Below are positions 9,219 to 18,303 of a stretch of 64,000 nt of DNA, one piece after another. Origin of the DNA: Longimicrobiales bacterium (GTDB lineage: Bacteria > Gemmatimonadota > Gemmatimonadetes > Longimicrobiales > Gaopeijiaceae). The stretch is taken from the NCBI GenBank assembly GCA_965202985.1, contig CBDBCF010000001.1, positions 192,001-256,000 on the forward strand, in the 5' to 3' direction. The translations under genes and the position numbers were made by a program. Each line of letters starts with the position of its first letter. The first letter of the stretch is position 1. Under the pieces are notes generated by a model that was not told the origin of the DNA, did not search any database, and saw only the letters and a list, made by a program, of their open reading frames with translations.

Positions 9219-10358
9219 TTGGAACCGAACGGAGCGAACCCGAGCGCCAGCGGCTCCGGCGACGCCGCCCACGTGACCTTCGAGCACGTGGCCAAGAGCT
9301 ACGACGGCCGAACCATGGTCATAGGCGACCTGAACCTGGAGGTGGCCCGCGGCGAGTTCCTGACCATGCTGGGACCGTCGGGCTCGGGGAAGACCACCTG
9401 CCTCATGATGCTGGCCGGCTTCGAGACGATCACGTCCGGCACGATCCGCATCGGGGGCGAGTCGGTGCACGATCTGCCGCCCAGGAAGCGGGGCATCGGC
9501 ATGGTGTTCCAGAACTACGCCCTGTTCCCCCACATGACGGTGGGCCGCAACTTGGCGTTCCCGCTGGAAGTCCGCGGCATGGACAAGGAGCAGCAGCGCG
9601 AGCGCGTCGATCGCGTCCTGCGGCTGGTGCAGTTGGAGGGCATGGAGGACCGCCAGCCCGGACAGCTGTCGGGCGGCCAGCAACAGCGCGTGGCGATTGC
9701 GCGGGCGCTGGTGTTCGAGCCCGACCTGGTGCTCATGGACGAGCCCCTGGGCGCGCTGGACCGCAGGCTGCGCGAAGAGATGCAGTACGAGATCCGCCGC
9801 ATCCACCAGACCCTGGGCGTGACGATGGTCTACGTGACCCACGACCAGCAGGAGGCGATGGTCATGTCGGATCGGATCGCCGTGCTGCGGGACGGCGTCG
9901 TCGAGCAGATCGACGGACCCGAGGCCTTGTACGAAGAGCCCACGCGCTCGTTCGTGGCCCGGTTCATCGGCGAGAACAACCGGCTTCACGGCCGCGTGAA
10001 GGAGATCGACGGCGACATCTGCCGCGTCGAGACCGGCGGCGAGGTCGTGCAGGCGCTCCGGATCGCCCCCTGCGGCCCCGGAGACGCCACCACCCTGTCG
10101 ATCCGGCCCGAGCGCGTGGCCGTGGCGCCCAAGCCCGGCCAGTACACCAACGAACTCGACGCCGACATCCAGGACATGACCTTCCTGGGCGACCACCTGC
10201 GCCTCCGCCTGTCCGTGTGCGGCCGCACCGACTTCATCGCCAAGATCCCCAATGTGGTCGGTCACGGCGCCGTGCTGGAAGGCGACCGCATCCGCATCGG
10301 CTGGACGCCCACCGACTGCCGCGCGCTCAACGCCGAGGAAGCGGAGGAGCACTCGTGA
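9219..10358 (+). CDS. potA: Polyamine-type ABC transporter ATP-binding subunit
   Basis: GPSGSGKTT, VFQNYALFPHM, LSGGQQQRVA, DEPLGALD, C-terminal TOBE-like region. Confidence 0.9.
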   Translation: MEPNGANPSASGSGDAAHVTFEHVAKSYDGRTMVIGDLNLEVARGEFLTMLGPSGSGKTTCLMMLAGFETITSGTIRIGGESVHDLPPRKRGIGMVFQNYALFPHMTVGRNLAFPLEVRGMDKEQQRERVDRVLRLVQLEGMEDRQPGQLSGGQQQRVAIARALVFEPDLVLMDEPLGALDRRLREEMQYEIRRIHQTLGVTMVYVTHDQQEAMVMSDRIAVLRDGVVEQIDGPEALYEEPTRSFVARFIGENNRLHGRVKEIDGDICRVETGGEVVQALRIAPCGPGDATTLSIRPERVAVAPKPGQYTNELDADIQDMTFLGDHLRLRLSVCGRTDFIAKIPNVVGHGAVLEGDRIRIGWTPTDCRALNAEEAEEHS

Positions 10359-11536
10359 CCGCATGGCACGACCTGACCGACCGGGTACGCTTGACTGCCG
10401 GAGCTCGTTTGACCGAGGCGTCCCGTTGGCGGAAGGGCAGGGCTCGCCCACGAACCCGAACGCTGGCGCTGGCGGCGGTCTGCGCGTGCGCATGGACCTT
10501 GCCGGCCGCAACCGCCGCCCAGGAGGCCGTGACCGTGGTGTCGTGGGGAGGTTCCTACGCCAGGGCGTGCGTGCTGGGCTACCACGAGAGCTTCGTCGAG
10601 GAGACGGGCATCGCCGTCAACCTGGAGGACTACAACGGAGGCTTGGCCCAGGTCCGCGCCCAGGTCGAGGTGGGCGCCGTCCACTGGGACGTGGTGGACA
10701 TGGACATGGACGAAGCGGTGCAGGGCTGCGACGAGGGGTTGCTGGAGCCCCTGGACCCCGATTGGTTCGCGCCCGGTCCCGACGGCGAGCCCGCCACGGA
10801 GGACTTCTTCCCCGGCACGTGGACCGAATGCGGCGTGGGCACGTCGTCGGGTTCGTCGATCTACGCCTACAACCGGGAGCGCTTTCCCGGCGAGAAGCCC
10901 GCGACCCTGGAGGACTTCTTCGACTTGGAGAAGTTCCCGGGACGCCGGGCGATGCGCCGGGTTCCGAACGACAACATGGAGTTCGCCCTCATGGCCGACG
11001 GCGTGCCGGTCGAGGAGCTGTACGACCTGCTTGAGACGCCCCAGGGCCGCGACCGCGCGTTCCGCAAGCTGGATACGATCAAGGACCAGGTCATCTGGTG
11101 GGAGGCAGGCGCGCAGCCGCCCCAGATGCTCGCCGACGGCGAAGTGGCGATGAGCACCGCGTGGAACGGCCGCATCTTCAACGCGCAGGCGCTGGAGAAC
11201 CAGCCCCTCGAGATCGTGTGGGACGGCCAGATCAAGGGCGCGAACCAGCTCGTGATCGTGGCCGGCACGCCCCGCCTGGAGCTCGCCAAGCAGTTCGTGG
11301 CCTTCGCCACCCGCCCCGAGTCGATGGCCGGAATCGCCGGCTACATCGCCTACAGCCCGGCGCGGCGCTCCGGCGTCGCCCTGGTGTCCACGCACAAGGA
11401 GACCGGCATCGACATGGCGCCTCACATGCCCACGCAAGACCGGCCCGGACGCAGTCTGGCCCGCGATCACGCATGGTGGAGCAACCACAGGGACGAGTTC
11501 AACGAGCGGTTCAGCGCATGGCTGGCCCGTCGATGA
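10355..11536 (+). CDS. Polyamine-type ABC substrate-binding protein 1
   Basis: VVSWGGSY, WDVVD, DFFDLEKFPGRR, WNGRIFNA; GTGA overlap. Confidence 0.88.
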   Translation: MTAWHDLTDRVRLTAGARLTEASRWRKGRARPRTRTLALAAVCACAWTLPAATAAQEAVTVVSWGGSYARACVLGYHESFVEETGIAVNLEDYNGGLAQVRAQVEVGAVHWDVVDMDMDEAVQGCDEGLLEPLDPDWFAPGPDGEPATEDFFPGTWTECGVGTSSGSSIYAYNRERFPGEKPATLEDFFDLEKFPGRRAMRRVPNDNMEFALMADGVPVEELYDLLETPQGRDRAFRKLDTIKDQVIWWEAGAQPPQMLADGEVAMSTAWNGRIFNAQALENQPLEIVWDGQIKGANQLVIVAGTPRLELAKQFVAFATRPESMAGIAGYIAYSPARRSGVALVSTHKETGIDMAPHMPTQDRPGRSLARDHAWWSNHRDEFNERFSAWLARR

Positions 11537-12663
11537 CCGGCGTCCGCGCCCGCCGCCACTTCCCGGTTGTGCTCTTGTTGGCGGCGGGCTTGGCCACAGC
11601 GAGCTTGGCGGCAGCCCCTGCACTCCCCCGCGCTGCAGTTGCGGCGACGGCCCAGCTTACGGTCGTTACCTGGGGCGGCGCCTACGGACGCGCCTCCGCA
11701 AAGGCGTGGTTCGAGCCCTATTCGGCGGCCACCGGCACCGTCGTCGAGGTCGAGGACTACAACGGCGGGCTGGCCCAGATCCGCGCCCAGGTGGACATCG
11801 GCGCCGTGCACTGGGACGTGGTGGACATGGACTTGGCCGACGCGGTCCGGGGATGCGACGAGGGACTCCTGGAGGTCGTGGACCGCAGCCTGTTGGCGCC
11901 GGCGCCCGACGGCACGCCCGCCGAAGACGACTTCGTGCCCGAGACGCTGACCGAATGCGGGGTGGGCACGTCGTTCTGGTCCACGATCTACGCGTACAAC
12001 CGCAACAGCTTTCCGGGCGACAAGCCGTCCACCATGGCCGATTTCTTCGACTTGGAGAAGTTCCCGGGCCGTCGCGGGATGCAGCGCGCGCCCCAGCCGA
12101 ACCTGGAGATCGCCCTCATCGGCGACGGCGTGCCGATCGATCAGGTCTACGCCGTGCTGGACACGCCGGAAGGCGTCGACCGGGCGTTCCGCAAGCTGGA
12201 CGAGATCAAGGACGAAGTGATCTGGTGGGAGGCCGGCGCGCAGCCGCCCCAGATGCTGGCCGACGGCGAAGTGGTCATGACCACGGCGTGGAACGGCCGC
12301 ATCTTCAACGCGCAGGTGCTGGAGAACCAGCCGTTCGAGATCGTGTGGGACGGCCAAGTCCTGGGCATGGGCCAGATCGTGATCGTCGCGGGCACGGAGA
12401 ACCTGGAGGCCGCCCAGGACTTCGTGTCGTTCATCTCCACGCCGGAAAACCTGGCCGCGATCAGCAAGTACATCTCCTATGGGCCGACGCGCTATTCGGC
12501 GATGCCGCTGGTGGACCGGCACTTGGAGACCGGGATCGACATGCGTCCGCACATGCCCACGTACCCCGAGAACATGGCCCGGGCGCTGCGAGACGACTTT
12601 CGGTGGTGGAGCGACCACCGCGACGAACTCAACGAGCGCTTCAGCGCGTGGCTGGCACGGTGA
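11533..12663 (+). CDS. Polyamine-type ABC substrate-binding protein 2
   Basis: Paralog of SBP1; ATGA overlap; signal peptide. Confidence 0.88.
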   Translation: MTGVRARRHFPVVLLLAAGLATASLAAAPALPRAAVAATAQLTVVTWGGAYGRASAKAWFEPYSAATGTVVEVEDYNGGLAQIRAQVDIGAVHWDVVDMDLADAVRGCDEGLLEVVDRSLLAPAPDGTPAEDDFVPETLTECGVGTSFWSTIYAYNRNSFPGDKPSTMADFFDLEKFPGRRGMQRAPQPNLEIALIGDGVPIDQVYAVLDTPEGVDRAFRKLDEIKDEVIWWEAGAQPPQMLADGEVVMTTAWNGRIFNAQVLENQPFEIVWDGQVLGMGQIVIVAGTENLEAAQDFVSFISTPENLAAISKYISYGPTRYSAMPLVDRHLETGIDMRPHMPTYPENMARALRDDFRWWSDHRDELNERFSAWLAR

Positions 12664-13787
12664 GCGGACGCTTGCCCGGCGCCTCGGTTGCGCGCTTGCC
12701 CGGCGCGGTGAACGCGCTCCTGGTCCTCGGCCTTCTCGCGACGACGCCCGCCCTGGCGCCCGTCGAAGGGGCCGCGCAGCTCACGGTCGTCAGCTGGGGC
12801 GGCTCCTACGGCCGCGCCTCCGCCAAGGCGTGGTTCGAGCCGTTCACCGCCGAGACCGGCATCGAGATCAACGTGGAGGACTACAGCGGCGGGCTGGCCC
12901 AGATCCGCGCGCAGGCCGACATCGGGAACGTCTACTGGGACGTGGTGGACATCGACTTGGCGGACGCCGTGCGCGGCTGCGACGACGGTCTCCTGGAACC
13001 CGTCGATCCGGCCACGCTGGTCCCCGCCGAAGACGGCACCCCGGCGGAAGAGGACTTTGCGCCCCAGACGCTCACCGAGTGCGGCGTCGGCACCAACTTC
13101 TACTCCACGATCTACGCCTACGACCGCACGCGCTTCCCCGACGAGAAGCCCGCCGACATGGCCGACTTCTTCGACCTGGAGAAGTTCCCCGGCCGTCGCG
13201 GCATGAAGCGCTGGCCCAAGGACAACCTGGAGCGCGCGCTGATCGCCGACGGCGTACCGCTGGACCAGGTGTACGCCACGCTGGACACCCGCGAAGGCGT
13301 GCGCCGCGCGTTCCGCAAGCTGGACACGATCAAGGACGAGATCGTGTGGTGGGAGACCAGCGCCCAGGCGCCCCAGCTCCTGGCCGACGGCGAAGCGGTC
13401 ATGACCACCGCCTACAACGGCCGGATCTTCAACGCGCAGGTGCTGGAGGACCAGCCCTTCGAGATCGTGTGGGACGGCCAGATCCTGGACGTGGGCCAGT
13501 TCGTCGTCGTGGCGGGCACGCGGAACCTGGAGGCGGCGCAGAGGTTCGTGGCGTTCGCGTCGTCGCCTCGTCACAACGTCGGCATCGCCAAGTACATCTC
13601 GTACGGACCGGCCCGCATTTCGGCGATGCCGCTTGTGGACAAGCACCTGGAGACGGGCGTCGACATGCGGCCGCACATGCCCACCAACCCGGACAACCTG
13701 GCGCGGGGGCTCCAGAGCGACTGGGAGTGGTGGAGCGACAACGGCGACGAGATGAACGAGGTCTTCGCCGCTTGGCTGGCTCGGTGA
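12660..13787 (+). CDS. Polyamine-type ABC substrate-binding protein 3
   Basis: Paralog of SBP1/2; GTGA overlap; signal peptide. Confidence 0.88.
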   Translation: MSGRLPGASVARLPGAVNALLVLGLLATTPALAPVEGAAQLTVVSWGGSYGRASAKAWFEPFTAETGIEINVEDYSGGLAQIRAQADIGNVYWDVVDIDLADAVRGCDDGLLEPVDPATLVPAEDGTPAEEDFAPQTLTECGVGTNFYSTIYAYDRTRFPDEKPADMADFFDLEKFPGRRGMKRWPKDNLERALIADGVPLDQVYATLDTREGVRRAFRKLDTIKDEIVWWETSAQAPQLLADGEAVMTTAYNGRIFNAQVLEDQPFEIVWDGQILDVGQFVVVAGTRNLEAAQRFVAFASSPRHNVGIAKYISYGPARISAMPLVDKHLETGVDMRPHMPTNPDNLARGLQSDWEWWSDNGDEMNEVFAAWLAR

Positions 13788-14977
13788 AGGCGCCCGGCCG
13801 CCTCCGGCTTCGCGCGGGGCTTCTGGTACTGCCGCTGCTGGCCTTCGTCGTGGTCACCTTCATTGCGCCCTTGGGCACGATGCTGGTGCGCAGCGTGCAC
13901 GACCCCGTGGTGGCGGACGCTCTGCCCGAGACGATGGAGGTCCTGGCCGACTGGAACGGCGAGGGGCTGCCGGACGAGGCCGCCTACGAGGCGCTGGCAA
14001 GAGAACTCGCGCGCGCCAACGAGGAGCGGACGCTGGGCCAAGTGGCCAGCCGCGTGAACCGCATCCGTTCGGGTCTTCGGAGCGCCGTGACCCGGACCGG
14101 CCGCCGGATGCCCGAGGACGCGGTACCGCCCTGGCGCGACGTTCTGGTCGGCCTGCACGACGCCTGGGGCGAGCCCGAGACGTGGCACGCCGTCCGCAGC
14201 GCCGGCGACCGCTTCACTTCGCGCCACTACCTGAACGCCGTCGATCTGCAACAGCAGCTCGGCGGGAGCGTCGGCCGTCAGCCCGAAGAGCGCCGCATCT
14301 ACGTGGCGCTTCTGTGGCGCACGCTGTGGATCAGCCTGGGCATCACCTTCCTGTGCCTGCTGCTCGGGTACCCCGTGGCCCACCTGATCGCACATGCGCC
14401 TCCTCACCGCCAGAACCTCTTGCTGGCGCTGGTGCTCGTACCGTTTTGGACATCGCTCCTGGTGCGCACGACCTCGTGGATCGTGCTACTCCAGACGCAG
14501 GGCGTGATCAACGATGTCCTGGTCGGAATCGGGCTGATCAGCGACGACAGCCGCCTGGCGATGGTGTACAACATGACCGGCACGTTCGTGGCCATGACGC
14601 ACGTGCTGCTGCCGTTCATGGTCCTGCCGCTCTATTCGGTCATGCGCTCGATCCCGCGCCTCCACATGAGCGCCGCCGCGTCGCTGGGCGCGGGCCCCGT
14701 CCAGGCGTTCCGCAAGGTGTACTGGCCGCAGACGCTGCCCGGAGTCGGCGCCGGGTCGCTTCTGGTGTTCATCCTCGCCATCGGCTTCTACATCACGCCG
14801 GCGCTGGTGGGCGGCAGCACCGGCCAGCTCATATCCAACATGATCGCCTACCACATGCAGACGTCGCTCAACTGGGGGCTGGCGGCGGCGCTGGGCGGCA
14901 TACTGCTGGCGGGCGTGCTGGTTCTGTACTTGGTCTACGACCGCATCGTGGGCATAGAACGCATGAGTCTGGGCTGA
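13784..14977 (+). CDS. potB: ABC permease (PotB-like, with periplasmic insertion)
   Basis: LLGYPVA, PFWTSLLVR, HVLLPFMVLPLY, AAASLGA, GFYITPALVGG. Confidence 0.85.
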   Translation: MKAPGRLRLRAGLLVLPLLAFVVVTFIAPLGTMLVRSVHDPVVADALPETMEVLADWNGEGLPDEAAYEALARELARANEERTLGQVASRVNRIRSGLRSAVTRTGRRMPEDAVPPWRDVLVGLHDAWGEPETWHAVRSAGDRFTSRHYLNAVDLQQQLGGSVGRQPEERRIYVALLWRTLWISLGITFLCLLLGYPVAHLIAHAPPHRQNLLLALVLVPFWTSLLVRTTSWIVLLQTQGVINDVLVGIGLISDDSRLAMVYNMTGTFVAMTHVLLPFMVLPLYSVMRSIPRLHMSAAASLGAGPVQAFRKVYWPQTLPGVGAGSLLVFILAIGFYITPALVGGSTGQLISNMIAYHMQTSLNWGLAAALGGILLAGVLVLYLVYDRIVGIERMSLG

Positions 14978-14983
14978 GGCGCC

Positions 14984-15826
14984 GTGGCCGTCGCGACGAC
15001 CGCTCCCAGCCCTGGCGACCGCATCGCCCGAGTCGCCTACTTGGGTTTTTGCGCCGTAGTCTTCTTCTTCCTGCTGGCGCCGATCCTGGTCATCGTTCCG
15101 TTGAGCTTCAACGCCGAACCCTACTTCACCTTCACCGAAGGGATGCTGCGCTTCGAGTCGGAAGCGTACTCGCTGCGCTGGTATCGCCAGGTCGTCGAAG
15201 ACGAGGCGTGGCGACGGGGCTTCGTCAACAGCTTCGCGATCGGCTTGTCGGCCACAGCGCTGGCCACCGCCCTGGGCACATTGGCCGCGTTGGGGCTGGC
15301 CAGCCCCGCCATGCCTGCTCGGCGCTTCGTCATGGGGCTCCTGATTTCGCCCTTGGTGACGCCGCTGATCATCTCCGCGGCCGGAATGTTCTTCTTCTAT
15401 TCCAGCATCGGACTGACGCAGACGCACATCGGGCTGATCCTGGCCCACGCCGCGCTGGGCACGCCCTTCGTGGTCATCACGGTGACGGCGACCTTGACGG
15501 GGTTCGACGCGAACCTGACGCGCGCCGCCGCAAGCATGGGCGCCGGGCCGCTGCGAACGTTCCGCCAAGTGCAGCTGCCGCTGATCGCGCCAGGGGTCTT
15601 CTCGGGAGCGCTCTTCGCCTTCGCCACCTCGTTCGACGAGGTCGTGGTGGTGCTGTTCATGGGCGGCGTGGAGCAGCGGACGATCCCGCGCCAGATGTGG
15701 GCCGGCATCCGCGAGCAGATCAGCCCGGCGATCCTGGCCGTGGCCACCTTCCTCATCTTCTTTGCGGTGACGCTCCTGCTTACCGTGGCATGGTTGCGTC
15801 GGCGCAGCGAAGGGCGAGGGACGTAG
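14984..15826 (+). CDS. potC: ABC permease (PotC-like)
   Basis: PLSFN, SLRWY, AAASMGA, FATSFDEVVV. Confidence 0.88.
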   Translation: MAVATTAPSPGDRIARVAYLGFCAVVFFFLLAPILVIVPLSFNAEPYFTFTEGMLRFESEAYSLRWYRQVVEDEAWRRGFVNSFAIGLSATALATALGTLAALGLASPAMPARRFVMGLLISPLVTPLIISAAGMFFFYSSIGLTQTHIGLILAHAALGTPFVVITVTATLTGFDANLTRAAASMGAGPLRTFRQVQLPLIAPGVFSGALFAFATSFDEVVVVLFMGGVEQRTIPRQMWAGIREQISPAILAVATFLIFFAVTLLLTVAWLRRRSEGRGT

Positions 15827-15832
15827 AAGCCG

Positions 15833-16567
15833 ATGACGCAACCCACGATCTCGGTCGTCACGCCCGTGTTGAACGACGTGCGGGTCGGGGGCGCCATCGA
15901 ATCGATCCTTGCCCAGAAGTACGAGCCGGCGCCGGAGCTGATCGTGATCGACGGGGGCTCCACGGACGGAACCCTGGACACCCTGGCCGCCTACGGGAAA
16001 CGAATCGAACTGACGAGCGGGCCCGACGGCGGGCTGTACGACGCCATGAACAAGGGAATCCACAAAGCCAGCGGCGACATCGTGGCAATACTCAACGCCG
16101 ACGACCACTATACGGACCCGCACGTGTTCCGGGACGTGGTCCGCGTCATGGAAGGGGGCGACGCCTGCTACGCCAACGTTGAGTGGGCCAACCACGCCGG
16201 CAAGGTCGTGCGGTACTGGAGGGCGGGACAGCCAACGAAGACAAAGTGGCATGTGGGATGGATGCCTCCTCATCCGACGTTCTTTGTGCGTCGCCACTTG
16301 TACGAACGTTACGGCGGGTTCGATCTGCGCTACTCCGTGGGCGCAGACTACGAGCTGATGCTGCGCTTCGTCTACGTACACGGCATCGACATGCGCTTCC
16401 TTGACAGGACAGTCGTCAGGATGGCACTGGGCGGAAACAGCTCCCGGATCGTTAGGGGCAACATCGACGTGGCGCGAGCATGGACAAGGAACAGAATTCG
16501 CGGCGGCTTGCTGGCGCCGATCCTAAAGCCGGCCTCCAAGCTCCGGCAGCTGATCGTTCGACCGTGA
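15833..16567 (+). CDS. GT2 glycosyltransferase (WcaE-like)
   Basis: IDGGSTDGT, GLYDAMNKG, LNADD, MPPHPTFF, ADYELMLR. Confidence 0.88.
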   Translation: MTQPTISVVTPVLNDVRVGGAIESILAQKYEPAPELIVIDGGSTDGTLDTLAAYGKRIELTSGPDGGLYDAMNKGIHKASGDIVAILNADDHYTDPHVFRDVVRVMEGGDACYANVEWANHAGKVVRYWRAGQPTKTKWHVGWMPPHPTFFVRRHLYERYGGFDLRYSVGADYELMLRFVYVHGIDMRFLDRTVVRMALGGNSSRIVRGNIDVARAWTRNRIRGGLLAPILKPASKLRQLIVRP

Positions 16568-16574
16568 CCGTCGC

Positions 16575-17543
16575 GTGAACGCATTGGTTGCAGGGGCCGG
16601 AGGCTTCATCGGTGGGCATCTCGCCCAGTCGCTGCTGGACGAGGGCCACGCAGTGCGGTGTGTGGACCGCAAGCCTTTGAGCGAGTGGTACCAATTGCAC
16701 GAGGGCGCCGAAAACGTTGTGGCCGACCTGAGGGAGATCGGCTCCTGCATGGCGGCCTGCAAGGGAGTGGACGAGTGCTATCAGCTCGCCGCGGACATGG
16801 GGGGCATCGGCTTCATCGAGAACAACAAAGCGCTCTGCATGCTCTCCGTCCTCATCACGACCCATATGCTGCAGGCCGCGAGAGAGCATGGCGTTCCGCG
16901 CTTTTTCTACTCCTCGTCGGCGTGCGTGTACGCAGCGGACAAGCAGGACAGCGCCGACGTGGCCCCTTTGAAGGAGGAGGACGCCTACCCGGCGATGCCG
17001 GAGGACGGCTACGGGTGGGAGAAGCTCTTCTCCGAACGGATGTGCAGGCACTTTCGAGAAGACTTCGACGTGCCCACCCGCGTCGCTCGGTATCACAACG
17101 TCTACGGGCCGTTGGGCGCATGGGACGACGGACGGGAGAAGGCGCCCGCGGCGATCTGTCGCAAAGTTGCGCAAGCCAAGCACACGGGCAGTCGCGAGAT
17201 CGAGATATGGGGGGATGGCACGCAGACGCGATCGTTCATGTACATTGACGATTGCGTCGAGGGCACGCTTGCGCTCGCGCGCAGCGATGTCGTCGAGCCG
17301 ATCAACCTGGGGTCCAGCGAACTGGTCACGATCAACCAGCTCGTCGATGCGGCTGAAGAGATCGCCGGCATCAAGCTCCGGAGGCGCTACCTGCTCGACC
17401 GCCCCAAGGGCGTCAACGGCCGCAACAGCGACAACCGACTGATCGTCCAGGCGTTGGGCTGGGAACCGTCGACACGGCTCAAGGTCGGCCTCGAGCGCAC
17501 GTACCGCTGGATTTGCGACCAGTACGTCGAGAAGCACGGCTGA
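16575..17543 (+). CDS. GDP-mannose 3',5'-epimerase-like NAD-dependent epimerase
   Basis: GAGGFIG, LAADMGGIGFI, SSACVY, YGWEK, GREKAPAAICRK, WGDGTQTRSF, GRNSDN. Confidence 0.82.
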   Translation: MNALVAGAGGFIGGHLAQSLLDEGHAVRCVDRKPLSEWYQLHEGAENVVADLREIGSCMAACKGVDECYQLAADMGGIGFIENNKALCMLSVLITTHMLQAAREHGVPRFFYSSSACVYAADKQDSADVAPLKEEDAYPAMPEDGYGWEKLFSERMCRHFREDFDVPTRVARYHNVYGPLGAWDDGREKAPAAICRKVAQAKHTGSREIEIWGDGTQTRSFMYIDDCVEGTLALARSDVVEPINLGSSELVTINQLVDAAEEIAGIKLRRRYLLDRPKGVNGRNSDNRLIVQALGWEPSTRLKVGLERTYRWICDQYVEKHG

Positions 17544-17551
17544 CACCAGCA

Positions 17552-17588
17552 ACGCAAAGCGGGGCCCGGCCGGTGGACCGAACCCCGC
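17552..17588 (-). terminator. Rho-independent terminator for hsp20 (possibly bidirectional)
   Basis: Minus strand GCGGGGUUCGGUC-CACC-GGCCGGGCCCCGC followed by UUUG; full stem with G-U pairs, between convergent genes. Confidence 0.65.
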
Positions 17589-17621
17589 TGTTGAGAGAGG
17601 CACATGCCTGCGGCACCGGCG

Positions 17622-18074
17622 TCAGCTCCGGAGGCTCACCTCGATCTTCCGCGTCCGAGCCTCCTCGGCCTTGGGAAGCCGCAGGGTCAGGAGGCCGTTC
17701 TCCAGCTCGGCCGTGACCGCCTCGGCCCGAGCCGTGCTCGGCAGACGAACGGCCCGGTGGAAGGCGCCGAAGGTCCGCTCCAGGAGGTGGTACTTGCCCT
17801 CGGACTCGGGTCCCCGTCGCTCGCGCTTCTCGCCGGAGATCGTCAGGACATTGTTCTCGAGGTTGATCTCGAGGGAGTCCTCGTCCACGCCCGGCAGCTC
17901 GACGGCGAGCACGAACTCCGTGTCGAACTCCTGGACGCTGGCGGCGGGGAACCAGCTGGGGCGCTGGTCGACGTTCGCCGGGGCCGCGTCCCCGAAGATG
18001 CGGTTGACGCGGCTGGCCAGCACGTCCAGGTCGTGCCAGGGGGCGAGGCGGTTCGTGTACTTGATCAGCGACAT
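17622..18074 (-). CDS. Small heat-shock protein Hsp20/alpha-crystallin
   Basis: VELPGV, LTISGEK, ERTFGAFHRAVRLP, LENGLLTLRLPK, C-terminal IEV. Confidence 0.93.
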   Translation of the reverse strand: MSLIKYTNRLAPWHDLDVLASRVNRIFGDAAPANVDQRPSWFPAASVQEFDTEFVLAVELPGVDEDSLEINLENNVLTISGEKRERRGPESEGKYHLLERTFGAFHRAVRLPSTARAEAVTAELENGLLTLRLPKAEEARTRKIEVSLRS

Positions 18075-18141
18075 CGTTCAACCCTCCTTAGGTTGACGTG
18101 GTTGATTGCGCGGGGCGGTTCCACCGCACGCCCCTCCGTTC

Positions 18142-18157
18142 AGCAAGGGCCGTGCCG
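18142..18157 (-). promoter_or_regulatory. Sigma54 (-24/-12) promoter of hsp20
   Basis: Minus strand CGGCACGGCCCTTGCT versus consensus TGGCACG-N4-TTGCW; GG-N10-GC spacing exact. Confidence 0.75.
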
Positions 18158-18165
18158 CCGAAAAC

Positions 18166-18253
18166 CTGCCAAAATGGCAGACCAGGATGCGGGGGAGGCC
18201 CGATTCGAGGCCGCGATCTGCCAAAATGGCAGGGCGATCTGCCAAAATGGCAG
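18166..18253. promoter_or_regulatory. Three identical palindromes CTGCCA-AAA-TGGCAG (putative activator/enhancer sites)
   Basis: Copies at 18166-18180, 18218-18232 and 18239-18253; periods 52 and 21 bp. Confidence 0.75.
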
Positions 18254-18303
18254 AACCTGCCGGTTGGTCGGCGAAGGTTTGCCGTCAGCCGACGCGAACG
18301 CCG

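Noticed and set aside
18166..18253. Mini-CRISPR reading of the three repeats
   Set aside because: Repeats are 15-20 bp with spacers of 37 and 6 bp and no cas genes; position next to a sigma54 promoter fits operator sites
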